Of a DNA stretch of 64,000 nucleotides, positions 1 to 14,009 are shown one piece after another. Origin of the DNA: Phoronis australis (Eukaryota; Animalia; Phoronida); NCBI GenBank assembly GCA_002633005.1, contig NMRA01000174.1, positions 394,030-458,029 of the forward strand. The letters are read 5' to 3'. Position 1 is the first letter of the stretch; every line of letters starts with the position of its first letter. The notes beneath the pieces were generated by a model. That model saw only the letters and a program-made list of their open reading frames with translations. It was not told the origin of the DNA and did not search any database. The translations under genes were made by a program, and so were the position numbers.

Positions 1-3000
1 CACTTGTCTGTCATAGTCGTCTTTCGTAGCAAATTCTGGTATTGACATAATATTTTGTCTAGAAATGATATCAGCTACTTGTCTCGTAATGGTGTATAGT
101 GCTCATATCGCTGGTGAATGGGCAGAATGCACTTTTGATCCTATCACAGGTTTTATGAACACAGACTTTTAAAACTTTTGGAACGTCTGGGAGTATACCT
201 TTAAGAGATTGTGACAGTGACGGCAAGACTGAATCATGTGGGACTGCGTCTCGGGTACCGTACACATTCAACACGCCTTGTAAGCTACATACTGTGTTGC
301 AAAATGTATGACTACAACACAAGCCTCCATCCACTGAGTCAACCACCAGAGGTAAATACGACATTCGAGTTTAGTAAAACTTCCCAAGTGGGTGTCGAAA
401 CTTTTGGAAAATGTAAAATCAACAATTACTAATAGGAACAAATATTGATAGTCGTCTGTTGGAATTTTTAAACAAATTACCATTAAATGCAAAGTACACC
501 TTTTTACAATATTCTATTTATGTTAATTAGATAAATGCACATGCAACCATGTAGCGAAAAGATTAAGTCAATAGTAGAAAAGATTCTCTTTCATGCCAGA
601 AGACAATAACGGAGCAGAGGGAGTACTCTACCATCAACAGACGTTATGTTAGTCAGCCTCTGTATATCTAATCATACTGTGAACATGCACGGCTTAATGC
701 AAGGTTAAGAGGAGTCAATATTAGTTTGATGATTTCAAAGATCAGACAGGATAACCTTGAAGTTTTTAATATTTGGTGAATGTGATCGCATTGTAAGACG
801 GCTTCATGCAGCACATAACTTTCACAGCACTGTCAGAAATTTAAAAGATTGTGAATCCCATCCAAATATAAGGAAACCAGTGAATATTGCTGTCAATACA
901 TAACACATATTTGCTTTGTGTTCCTCTCAAGCTCTAGAGTGGTGTTAATAAGAATTCTTATAATATTGTGTCTTAAGACATAGAAAGTTTATCAGTGCCT
1001 CATGTTCAAATGTCAAAAACCTTTTACAGGTCTGTAATCAGTTTCTCTTTGCTTGTCAAGCAAGGATGCACTTAAATGGCATTGAAATATGTGATGGTAC
1101 AAATAACCTGGTCTTGGAATGACACCGAATAGTTTATCGTTTTCCTCAAAAATTGAGCGATACCTGTAATTTTGAAACTAATGAGTGTACAAAATATTGA
1201 AGGAATGTGAATTCGTGGTGAGGCCAAAGTGAGAGAAACTCTACAATATTTCGTTTCTTGGTTTTCTTTAAAAAGCAGTTATCATTTTTTTGTCAATTTT
1301 CAGTTCAAAAGGAGAACCTCAACAACTGATTCTTCATATCCGTGAAAAAGTGCAAATCAACAGTGCCCAAATAAAAAGAAAAGAATTCCACAGAATTATC
1401 AGCACTGGGTTTTAACCCTTATGTGCCTTGAAATTAGCAAGCTCTAGCCATTGAAACTGGCAAAGTTTATGCCCGCTCTAACATATCCAAATAACCACAC
1501 GGAATGATGGAATACTATGCGAACCTCACAAATAAGTTTAAGTAAAAAATCCCCCAAGTGCTGCACCAATCTACATCCTAATAAATCATTAAAGTGAGAT
1601 TGTGTCAGCACATTCCGAGCTCACAGCTAGCAGGACTATTAGGGCAAAACATCAACAATTAACGACAAAATATGGTAGACACGTGAATTACGTTTTCTGA
1701 TATTTCAAAAAAGACAAGTGGCACCGAATGAGTGCATTGCCATATTTAAGCTCTGCTCCATAGCTGCCATGAGACAATACTTTGAGAGACTGATTTTAGA
1801 ATTCCTTGAAAAATGAGAGAAAACAATATTTGTCCAAACATGTGCGATTTTATGGCAGGTTTGGTATGTTGGTACAAATCTACTTAGTTCAATGGGGAGT
1901 CTCATCTTGTTTTTGATTTTACGTGAAGATAAACTTTTAGATTTCCACAGAGGCGTTACGTCTAGAGTGGAGCTCAGAAGCGGTTTCAATCTCTAGAATT
2001 CGGTTATTAATCACAGTTTGAGGTTTGATATTTTTTGGGTGTCAGAAGAGTGCGCAGGCTTTGCTTTGAGAGCAGGAACAAGAAGTGTAGTGACAGGCCC
2101 ACAAGAGACAGTCTTGCTACGCACCTTGAGTTTGGTAATCCTAGTTTGTCATCATTCCTGCAATAAACAGACATTGTTAAAAACACTTCCTTAATGAACT
2201 GAACAACTGGTAAAGGCAAAATCAAAACAGGCGAGCACTTTTCATAGTCCGGTAAAATCCACGAGGAAGAACCTGGCTGTTGAAAGGGGAAAGCAATCCC
2301 TTTCTATGTTATGTTTAACAAAAAAATACAGCTCCTCGTAATCTTGGGAATACATTATTACATTTTAATAACCGTTCTTCTGGCCAGTATTTACCATCCA
2401 TGAGACAATAGAAAGTGCTACCCACTGACTTGTATTCACTCTCCGTGCAACTATAACATGTGACGTTTACAGCCCAGCAAAAACCAGCATCTTGGTTCAG
2501 CAATCACTTCTTTCTTGCTACTGATCACAGTCTGTGCAAGTCACTGCAGAACCAAGATGCAGGCCATCTACTGGGCCGTTAACATCACATGTTAGAGCTG
2601 CACGGAGAGTAAATACAAGCCAGGGGGACAGCAATTAAAATGGAAAATGTCTCCAGAAGATAACCAGGGGTCCGTATAATTTGCTTTAGGGAACATTGAA
2701 AAGACAAATGCTTTCCCTTTAACGTTAGGAATAGTTTGGTACAGGTTAGATTTGTGGTCCCTCTTCTGAAACTAGCAAGTCCAACCTCCTTCCAACAATC
2801 AAGAACCACCTTCACTGATGAGCACTATGAACCATATTGGGCACATAAACTCTTTCTAACCACAGAGAAATCTACGATATTTCCACAAAATATCTACACT
2901 TGATTAACTCCACCAGATCAGCCAGGTCAATTGGCTACGACATCTGACTGGTTCTCAGTGACGACTTCCACCTTACAAACCTATCAGATGTCTTAGCTGG

Positions 3001-5649
3001 TTGACTCATTGGAACCAAGAGCAGCCACTGTGCTTGTTGAGAAAGTTTAGTGAGGCTTGACAGATTTCTGATTATCCTGACCAAATTGTCTTCTAAGTGA
3101 CATTGTTGTTTCGTAAACTTTAACTGATCAGCATTATAACAGCTCTTAGTCGCTAGTCGCCAAATGCAAAAGTCCCAGGTCACCAAAACTGAAAATTCCA
3201 AGTCGTCAAACACAATATGAGGTCGTATTGGCGACTTGCAGGTCACCAAATCATGCGCTGCTGATGCTTTTATTCAAATGCTTAATTTTGTAGTTTTTAT
3301 TTAAAAAGCCCTATCACCCCTCCACTTCGCTACAGCTTTGACAAAAGTATTGCCTGGTTGGGTAACTGGCCAACCCGTAGTTATTAGTGGGAGATGGTGA
3401 CACACTGAAAACCATAAATTCAGACTTACCTGCCATTTTTATGTCCCTTGATTCAAGTTGATTGCTTACATTTACAATTAAATTAAATCTGATCCTATTA
3501 CCAGAGCAATTTACTACTAGATAAAAACACTCATTGTTAGCCACATTGCATGTACTGTTTATTCTAATCCGCTGACTTTGCATAATTTGCGTATTAATGA
3601 CAAAACACTGTAAGGGAGGCAATCCTAGTTTCATCAACCTATTTGTACCCAACGGATCAATTAGAAGTAATTGTTTCCACACACATATTGTTTAGCATAC
3701 TTTATTTTATCAATCACAAAGAAAATCAGTTGAGCATTCCCTGTACAGGATCATCATTCCACTGCTTAGCAGTGCTTAGAGCGATGCATTGCCTGTATCG
3801 CCCAATTCCCTAAAACCTAGCCTTAGCAGTCATTTACGCTATGAAAATCGCCAAGCTGTCATTTGCAACCAGCCCAAAAAATCCCAAGTTACTTTTCTAG
3901 AATCCAAATTGCACTCACAAATTCCAAAGATGAAAAGGCTGTGGATGAGTTGTTGTCAGGAGCTTTTTGTGCATTCTTTCATACTTAATTTGGCGATCGC
4001 AAGTTAAGTGATTCTGTCAAACTTTTTTGAAATAATGTGATTCTTCACAAGAGTTGCCTCTATTTTTGCCAGTGATGGAGAAAAGTGTAACAAACTTGGT
4101 TTGCACGAGTTGGAGTTATATAGTTGCACGAGATCTGCAAAATAGCTAGCATTTCTAAATATTAGGTTGCAAATGCGACATACAGCTCGTTATATCAAGC
4201 CTTGCTTGGTACAAAAACTGTAATAACAGGCAAAATAAAATACGGCACAAAATTAGTGTCTAGAAATCAGTGTCATTAAAAACTAGTCTTCCTAGACAGG
4301 TTCCCCGTCAGTCCTGCCTCTTCTCAGCATGGCTGGCATACGGGGGACCTCCCCATAATCCTCTGTACGTTTCCATTTGACCTAGCATTCAGTCTTCAAT
4401 TTCATTGATGGAAGAAAGGACTATTTGAACAAAACTGTTGATTGTGCAATTGCGATAGTAACTGTTTGAGTTGGGAAGAGATAAAGACATCAGTGGTGTT
4501 TGTCTATGCTCAAAAAGGTACTTATAGCAACATAACGTTTGATGGTTTAATCATTGTGAGACTGTAAGCCATAATTTGACCAATGCTTCAGGCATATGAC
4601 AGCCTTGAATGGGATGAATACAGTCTTTGCCACTACAGAGTGGTACTGCCTACCACCTTCCTAGGCAACATGTATCCCCTCCAGAGGGTGTCTAGGGGCT
4701 AAAATACTACCCATCAGTTTCTGTACTAATCGCATCCCCTTGTATTTTTAACTGGGTGGTAGTCCAAATTCCGTTACCAATTAAGAGGTTTTCACCTCGT
4801 CAAAATGACATTTTACACTTAAAAAGCATTACTTTCTTCAGCGATCCTTTCTGGTTCTATACATAGACCTTATCTCTGTTATGTTCTCTAGTGATATATT
4901 AAAGTCTCTAGTGATATATTAAAGAGTCTTTGGGCATTTAGGCTAACAAAGTTGCTTATTTACTCAATCAACAGCAGAGCTCTGTTGCCTTGAATCTATA
5001 ACAGTTTGTTGTGTTTGAGTATGCTCATTATTTGTTCAGTTAATTTAGTGCTGGACACTGTTGAGTGTACATTTGTTTATTGTCTTGATAATGCTTTAGA
5101 GATTAAAATGAAACATTGAACACAAAAATCTACGTAGTTGCGCTGTATTTTGAAGGTATACCTGCGGTGTACACAGCAGCAATGTAAAACTAATTGCCAA
5201 CCATCATTCCTGATAATTTTAGCTAACATACGGGGGTTAAAAGTCGCTGTTATTGCATTATTCTGCGACTTAATTTGTAAAGATAATATACATAGGCTTT
5301 CAGTACTATGAAATAAAGTGTCAGTGATAGGCCAATTTCTTTTTTCGTGAATTCTTCAATCAAATATTCTTACATAACCCACAGGCACAGAAGGTTGCAT
5401 ACCTTCAAATAAAGGGACAGTGCCTCAGTAATTATCAGGTTCTCAAAATCTCGAACCATGACTCCCAACAAATGTCAGCAACTGATTTAACTTGTAACTA
5501 AAGCGCTAAGCAAAACTGACAACTTTTAAAAAACGTAGTACATTGGCCTGCCATCCTACTCGCCTATAAAATGTGCAATGTTTATCCGCCATGTTGGATT
5601 TTTCTGCAAAATAACGAACTCATCTGAACGAAGTTTGCAAGATACCAAC

Positions 5650-5855
5650 CTCGGTATACGAATGCACTTTGTTTGAGGATCTTGAGTGCTGATGGATTTT
5701 TCTAATTCATCAAGTCCGCCAGGTTTTTTAAGCTTTCTGACCAAGCTTTTTACAGCCTTTTCTGCCCACTTGTCTCCGTCTTTTTCGTTGTCGGAACCTT
5801 GTTTCCAACCTAGCAAACGCTTGACAATCGCTGGAGTGAACGGCAGTACACTCAT
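5650..5855 (-). CDS. SMAD3: SMAD2/3 (TGF-beta/activin R-SMAD), first coding exon (N-terminal MH1); the rest of the gene lies left of the window
   Basis: [18 protein letters not shown]...[39 protein letters not shown] closely matches the SMAD2/3 N-terminus. Phase-2 donor AG|GTTGGT at 5650/5649. The expected next exon (SLDGRLQVSHRKG) was not found in 1-5649. Likely a single SMAD2/3 pro-orthologue. Confidence 0.93.
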
Positions 5856-8339
5856 AGTAGAAAATGCTGTTTAATCAGGGCAATGTCTATAACTACGACA
5901 AAGCCAGGATATCGCAAATCACACTAATTGTGCTGAATGCTGGTTTTTCACTCGTCGTCCTCAGCTCACACACTTTTCGAGAACGGCCATGATCGCGAAC
6001 GACAGAAGCACAGACGGCAAATCACCACTTACCAGCTTATGTTTTTTGTTCGGGACAATGTAGTTCTAAGTTGTTAGTCAGCAATTAACAAAACGCATCG
6101 ATTTTCATTTATCGCAGTGCTTCCAAACAATGACGCAAATGATATGTTCTGTACTGACTCACAAGAAAAGAAACTATTTTGAGCTAATGTAATGTCAATT
6201 TGTGCAATATCATTCCGCTTACTCAAAATCAAAGTTATCCAAAATGACGTCATCTTGCAGTCATTATCAAATACTAACAAAGAAAGCACTTGTGCCTTGG
6301 AATTCCCTGAAATTTGATACTTGAGTTTTACGGGTAATATTCTTTTTAAAACAAACTGGTTTCGTGCTCAATAATTTGCAGAGTTAGGGACAATTACTAT
6401 AGTATATGGGGAGATAATTCCGAATAAGTTGCAAAACAAGTTTTGTTTGCTTCTCAATGAAGCCCACAGTGCTGAGTACAACGGGAGTGAGTCATATCTC
6501 CACACTGAGGCGAAAAACATGGCATTATCTCATTTGTAATATCGGGCTTCAAGTGACCATTTAAGCATTTGTTGACTAGGCTTCGTTTCTGCTGTTTCCC
6601 TGCACGACGGTTTGTCGCCGCGGCCGCCGCGCGGGTTGCGGCCTACGGTCGGCATATCATGATGGTTTTTAAGACCACGCAATATAAACTTGAATGCAAT
6701 ACGAATTCAAAGTGTAGAAAGTTATACCGGTCTCAGTTGAAAAGTTCGGCACAGACTTGTAAGAATGCCGATTCATAGAACTCAACTGCATTGGTTTGAA
6801 TTCTGAGTACTCAAGTTGCGTTTTCATTACCAGCAATATTGAAACCGTGAATTGCGCATGCGCGAAAATCACTCAGTTAGCCCCCTTCAGAATACATGGG
6901 ATGCGCAGAAAACACAGCGTGAGGGTCTTATTCATGAATCAATCACATTTGCCGATAGCACATAACATAGATAAGTATTTTGTTAAAAACGTGGCCAAGT
7001 TTCAGCAAAATTGGAAAAAAATTTATGTTTAACATGGTATGGCCAAAGTTTTGGCTTATTTTGTCGCTTCGATCAGTGGAATTGCCGCTAAAAACCCGAA
7101 AGTGCATGTGAGAAAACGATAATTTTCTACCAAGCCTTTCATGTGCGGTTAGTTGCCGATAGACCCAACAGATGTCATTATAATCAAGATTGAAATGTAG
7201 GATTTTGAAGAAAATTAGACAAAATTTTGTATTTAACATGGGGTCGCCGAAAATTGCCAATTTTGGCCTTTTGATATCAGTTTATCGTCATAGACTAGCA
7301 TTAGTGGGTCTAGTTAATTCGAAGTTTTTGGTTAAATCACTGATAATATTCACACCAGTATACTAATAAACGTTTTCTCTATATATAACAATTTGATTCC
7401 AATGCTGAAGTAGTGCGTACAACAGGGATTAGCCCTTGACCGGCCCGGCCCATAGTGCGGGAGCTATAAGAATTCAGCTCTGGGCTAAAGTAGCTATGTG
7501 CGGAAAATTCAGCCACCTGAGGTGTTTACGATCCACTTCAGAGAAAAAAAACCTCGTTGTACCTAACAATAATTTGTTTCCGAGTACTTCGGGCATGGTT
7601 TAAAATTGAAAGGGGTCATTACAAGTTGAATTTATGAGAATTGTATTGTTGCATTGCGAACTGAAAACTAGTCGATTGACGGGTAGTGCGAGACAAGGCA
7701 ACGAGTAAGGACAGCTTTGATTTGCTTACGAGTAGTGACTCATGATTGGCCAGACATCTGTAATAATATGTTTTGTCTTTCCTTTTCAACGGAATATATT
7801 TGAACTTTGGTAATTTTGGGCTNAAAATCGTATCTTGCCGTATCTTATCGTATCATATCATAAATAAAGTTTTATGAGCCAATGTTACGGTATTATTATT
7901 ATACGTGTGTAAACCGCTGGGTCAACAACAACAACAAGAGAGACATCTAATGTGCGTGCGACTGTACGCTACAGTTACTTTAATGATAAAGACCTATCCA
8001 TAAGTGTCACTTGTGCGGCCTAAGTTCCACTACTGAGTTCATAGGCTTACTTCGGGCATTTACGATCAAGATTGACGAGATTCACCTGCAGGTTAATACG
8101 CTTCCAAATTTTATCATCTTGGGATCATCAAGTTCATCTTCTAAAACGTCATCTCGGTCTTGATTTGTTCAGTGCAGTGAACACGCACCAGCGTCCGGTA
8201 GTAAGACAATCTCATGCAGGTGTGTCCGTCGCACGTACTCCGTAGCTTGTCAGACTCATGGCCAAGCAGGGCGTCATCGTCGTAAGCGTTTCGGGCGGGA
8301 CTAATTCATGACGACGTCATCATCCATAGTTTAACACCG

Positions 8340-8640
8340 CCGAGTTCCGCCACCTCCTTTGATTCTCCACCGATTTCCTTTGAAGTTTTTTTTACACTGT
8401 TGAAAATTCCTATTTTGGACTTCATTTTTGTGCGTTTCCAGTCCTTTAACGCCCTGCTGCCATCGTTGCGTTTTTCTGATTGCGGGAACTGGAGCCAATG
8501 TCCCGCCCTAAGGCTGTTTCTTCCGTTGACTTGTTTTGGTGTCACTTTTCTTGCTCTCTATGACATCAATTTTTTCTGTAACCAGTTTTTCAGTTCTGTG
8601 AGGAAACCTTCCTCTTCTGGAGAAAAGTTTTCCGACCTTT
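8340..8640 (-). pseudogene. Degenerate Myb/SANT-like (Myb_DNA-bind_5 / MSANTD-type) ORF, probably from a PIF/Harbinger transposon
   Basis: Across frameshifts and a stop: KRSENFSPEEEGFLTEL / LVTEKIDVIESKKSDTKTSQRKKQP* / ..ALKDWKRTKMKSK..KEIGG, matching the RxxNFSxxE..L..LV....IESKKxD....K..AW...W...K..GG pattern. Confidence 0.65.
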
Positions 8641-10204
8641 TCTAGTCATTTTATTGATGACACCTCCATCATACTTGCTCACATACGTGCAAACATCGTG
8701 CCTACGCCACACATGAGGGGCTTTTCCAAAGATTCGTTATCCGGCTTTGTTTTTATGTACTTCATTCAGGAAATTTGTTTTCTCTTAGGATCGCTCATAA
8801 AAATATAAGTAAACAACTGGTTTTATTCTGTCTACAAGCCGTGTTTCTCATTTCGTATTATATGACTATAGCACTGAATGCCCGCATCCGTGTGTGTAAA
8901 GCTAAAAGACAGTGTTCGCGTGGCATTGCTTAGACCCCAACATGAACGTTGATCGTCAGTCACCACTCATATTTGCCGCGTCATCACCTCCTTCCCTCTG
9001 CAATATGGCAATGTCGACTACCCAAGATCCCCATATGCGTTTGCCCGTTGTTCGCGCAAGAGTACAAAAATACCTTATGAATTGAATTCTGTCTCAGTGA
9101 TAGAGAACCACTTTGAATGATGCAGTTTAGTCTGTTTTTCGCGCTCCAGGCGTGTACATGACAGTCTTCATTTTCGGATGCTGTAAACGTTTCATCATAG
9201 GTGTACTCAACAGTTTCAAAAGGGAAGAAAATTTCCTGGATGCCTAATTTTGCCAAACTTTCAGAATCTGCTATCAATGCAATACACTGGCGACCGCACT
9301 AAAGAATCGCTACAGTTATCCCCTTGGGATTGTGCATGTCTTCCTTTATCTGAGCTTTCACCTTACCGTCGATCTAGGACAGCGTGCTTTCAACACGTTT
9401 TTGCGTATTTCTGGCGTTGCACACCTTTTCCTTCTAGTCTTCTGCTCGTGTGTCGTGTACCAATGGTACTGATTTACTGTCAACATAAGGCTTTTTTATT
9501 TAACTAAAACTTTATTGACACATATAGACCTACTTGTTTCGGAATGCTGTGAACAGGCAGTCATGCTGGCACAAGGCTAAACAATTCGTTTTCGGGCAAA
9601 CAGAGGGTATAGTGAAGTAACATGTGCTGAATTTAAAATAATGAAAACGCATACACCATGTAGCTAATAGTCTGAGACTGGACCTATGGCATTACCTCTA
9701 AGCCCAGTCTCTTAGTTTCGTCAGTCCCACATGAAAGTAAACATTGATGGGCCGGAGGGGGGGGGGCACAAAATTCGACCTTGCCAAAAATTTTGGCCCC
9801 GTCGGTAGTTTCAAATCCCAAAGGCAGATCATGCCTTTCCTTTATCTCGCCACGAGCTACTAAATCCGGATAAATACGGGATGAACCATGACATCGGTGA
9901 GGGAACATCGTGTCGGAAATGTCGCCTATTTCCGAGAGTAAAAATGAGTCCTAGCTAAACTCTATATTCGTTTCATTAGGGGAAAATCACTTTATTGGAG
10001 TCATGTGTCAGTTGAAGGGGTATACACTTTGAAAGGGTGGAGTTCTGCCGGGGCTAAAAATGGATACTCGGCGAGTTATAGACTGACCCAAGGGGAGGGG
10101 GATGCCTCCGAATTTCATGACCCCGTGCGTCAAAATTCGTCGGAAACACCATTTTCTAAAGGGTTATTTCGATCAGATTGTCAAAAACCACACATAGTTA
10201 ACTG

Positions 10205-10590
10205 CATTGACATGATTGAGTGAAATACAGCGTAGAGCATCCATATTCGTCCTAAATGATCACTCCAGACACTCATCTGTTTCGTCTATGCTTACCACTC
10301 TCAAATGGCCCACTCTTCAAAAAAGACGTGGTCAAAATAAACTGTCCCTCGTGTACAAGATCGTACACAACCTGGTTGCCATTCCCCACACAGTTCCACC
10401 CTACATATTTCTAGATCACGTAATTCCCACTCTCATTCCTTTGAGAGAACATACATGCGTACCGCATACTACGCAAACTCTTCCATCTACTATTTTACTC
10501 GGACTCCCACAACATGCCATCTCATCAGAAACAATTAAACAGAGATGTTCACGAGTCACATCTCGAACATCAACCTTACTCAGTAAACAA
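10205..10590 (+). mobile_element. 3' remnant of a non-LTR retrotransposon (CR1/L2-like) ORF2
   Basis: IQRRASIFVLNDHSRHSSVSSMLTTLKWPTLQKRR..KLSLVYKIVHNLVAIP resembles the conserved post-RT C-terminal segment. Confidence 0.75.
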
Positions 10591-13481
10591 TAAAAATTGT
10601 TTTCATCATGGTACTAACCCGCACTTTGTTTTGTTCACACTAATACACAGTTCAGTTTATCACTAACATGCGCCAATATGGTAAAAAAATAAGGATCGGT
10701 ATTTAGATCGTTTGTTGAAACCGTAAAAAGAAGAAAATGGCGCATGTGGTCTGATCAACGTTACATCAAACGTGCGAAGTGCTGCTGCTCAGTCGGACTC
10801 ATTGCACCAAATACCTGAAACCATTTTTTGTTTATTAACACACCACACGCACACACACACGCACGCACACACATACGTAGAGACATAAAGACAAACTGAG
10901 ACGGAGCTGAGGAGCTAAGAGATCTGACTTAAGGGTCTCGCAGTGGAGTCCAGTGGGATTTGAACCTGTATACAACCTTGAGAGCAGGAGGCGGACACTC
11001 ACCCCACTCGGTACGTCCTACGTTCTGCTTCCTCTATTTCTGTTTAAGATGAGACGGATAGAGGTTTTCCTGTTATAAAGTTCAAAGAAGCAGCACCAGT
11101 TTCTTACAAATTAAGCTTATAGTTATAAAAATTGTGTAGTAACAGTCGATCTAACAATCATATAAATGCAATTCAAAACCCTCGTTTAAAATAACACCGA
11201 TATATTCAATCATCACATGGCACACGATGTGAAAAGTAAAGGCACACGACTTACAGATTACCAATTGTAATTTGCAACATTTTTGAGAATCCTTAATTCG
11301 CCGTTTGCAACTTTTAACAATTCCGAAAAGGCTCGCGCAAATACATGACCTGGCGAGCTACCAAAAGAGAATGCTAATCAATTTGCAACATATAATCTGT
11401 GTATAATTCCAGGTTTTCTCGGACTTAGTTCAAAGTATGCGTGAGTAAGAACACATTTTAGGTCAGCGCACACGAAACATACTGCAAACTTTTTAAAAAC
11501 TTTGATCCCTAAAATATCACGACCAGGTTCACAAAGGGTGAACCAGCACTGCAAGTTGACAAACGCTCTCTGATAACTTCTCTCTTCTATATGTTTCGCT
11601 CTTGTCCTCCTACTCCCGTTTCGTACGTCCCTGATTATAGTGTCGTGGGAGGGGGTTAGCAGTAGAAATTTCAATCTACTTATACGTAGGTACTTGGCGT
11701 TCCTTAATGAAGCCCGACTGGTCTGATTTAGGTGATCGGGTAGGCTACGTCTACACCTCGTAGTTATTTAATATTCGCAATAAGCACTTTGTAATTGATT
11801 GCGCGATTGATTTCTCGATGAATCCATAAAAAGGTCATAAAAACACGTATTAATTCAAATTTTAACTGCCTTTTCCAGAAGAAATCCAACCTCAGTCACC
11901 AATAGCTAGTGCTTGTCGACAAACCCAAACCGCACGTTCTCTCTACTATAAATACATTGCACAATTATGTATCCAGATAAAACATTCAAATTCATTCATA
12001 GCCCGGAGAACTGTGATTGTAATTTACACAACGAAATGCACCAAGTATTTAATAATTTCGCTAGAAAAGTGGGTTTGTTCCTAAAAAAGAGTCGTAAGTG
12101 AAATCAGGCGTGGGAAATGAAATACTTCAGTTTTGCATAACTAGCCCTTTAATCCTCTTTGCCCACAATCTTAGTTTCTGACATGGCACCTTTTACTTTT
12201 TTGATGCGGACTTTCACTGGTTCAGCGGTGGCTTGGCAGGTCTAGACATAATTTGATCATAACTAGCCACGCTCAGCACATTTTTATTGTCAGCCTCTTC
12301 CCGTCGTGTTTAGATATCTCATTCCGCATAACAAGTTGCTTTATAAGTTGAACGGACATTATCGGGTGAAAAGTAGTTTTACAGAATATATAACAGTAGC
12401 GAGGAATGGAATCCACTAAGTCCGCAGTGGCCGCCAAACGCTCTGTTGCCGAGCTAAATCCCATGCGTTTCATGGTATTTAACTGGTTAAGACACCGGCG
12501 GGCCTCGATTTCAGAGAATGTCTGCCAGACATCAGCGAGAATTGGGAATTTGAAACAAAATCACAAAAACACAATGGGTTTTGTTGTTTTTATAGCTCTG
12601 TTCGAAGCTAATAACTTCAAGAAGACTATCCCATTCAACATTAATTTCCAAAATGCGTTTTTCGACAGTAAAACCAACAATGTCCGACTATTCATATAGG
12701 CCTACAAGCTGGCATTTCTATAAAGGCACTGTTAATGTAATGTATCAAATTTTTCTGGTACAGTTTTGCAAAAATTTGCAAATGGTCTAATTGAATCGTG
12801 AAGGAGATAGAAGTCTTTTTTAAAATCGAATTTCAAAATCGTACCAGTATGACACTTTTTGTTCCAGAACTCGTGAAATTACATATAACTATTGATCCAT
12901 CGACCTACGGCCAATGATGACCCCGTGAAAGACCAACATTCCGAAGTAGCCCCGACGAAATGCGCATACTTTGTGGTGAACCAAACCTTCACTGGAAATA
13001 TTCATCATAAAGAATGAATCTTTAAAAATTTAAATGAGGAGTGTAAATTTTGACTCGAGTAGAGGTTATCCACGGTGTTTTAGTTGTACGTACTTCTTGA
13101 ATGACCGCAAGACAAGGTGTGCAATCAGGCATATGAGTTAGACGTGTGGTGACTTATGTGAAGGGTTTTGGATGTAATGTAGGATTGCTCAGCGTTTTGA
13201 GATGAGCTACATGAAGAGAATAACTTACAAACGAGTTTTACATGTAAGCAAATTCTTAAAGAAAATCGAGATGGATTAACTTGTGCAAAAGGCTTTTCTT
13301 GTCGTTTTGTGGTGTAGTTCTGCACTAAGACATCTCTATATTTTTATGGGACAAAACAATTGCCAAGGTATCTCCTAGCGTTATTGCTGGTATTTAATTG
13401 CGCTTATCATATATTTCTGTTCCTATTTACAGAGTTCAAATTGCCAGACAAAACAAGCCAATGTGCTTCCAAATCGCAACA

Positions 13482-13589
13482 AAGAGAATTGGAACAGAAA
13501 ATTAAAAGATTTGAACACAGAAAAAAATAACACAAGAGAATTGGAACAGAAAATCAAAAGATTTGAACACAGAAAAAAATAACACAAGA
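13482..13589. repeat. Tandem duplication, 2 x 52 bp
   Basis: AAGAGAATTGGAACAGAAAAT(T/C)AAAAGATTTGAACACAGAAAAAAATAACAC repeated. Confidence 0.9.
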
Positions 13590-14009
13590 TTTAAATTGTT
13601 AAAATAAGTCATGATTAGCTGTTTTTCACCTTAAAACAAATTGGATAAAAGGAAAATTTATTCACATTACAAGTATTTACACTTTTTACATAAATACAAC
13701 TGATCAAATGAACAACATTGTGCCATTCATTTTGGCATGCAGAGAACATACTCATATCAGAAAGGAATTGAGAGGTGATCTGTAAGTCTTCATCTACTAC
13801 ATGACAGTTTTTATACTTGGACATTAAGAACAACTTAATGTGACATAAATTTAAAGCGGCGAAGTTTAAAACAACATTTGATTGAAACAAAGCCAAACAT
13901 TTTCTTGCTTGAACAGGCTTGCCATGACGACATTTGGCGGAATACTCATGAGACGAGTTAGATAATCTATGTTATGAATGAGTTATTGCTGTGTGTTTAT
14001 CACCTAATT

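Noticed and set aside
1-5649. Short ORFs inside the first SMAD2/3 intron
   Set aside because: No recognisable domains and no MH1 continuation; likely intron and decayed repeats.
13482-13589. Short direct repeats (also 23898-24008, 4886-4923) as CRISPR-like arrays
   Set aside because: Two-unit tandem duplications without spacers in a eukaryotic genome.
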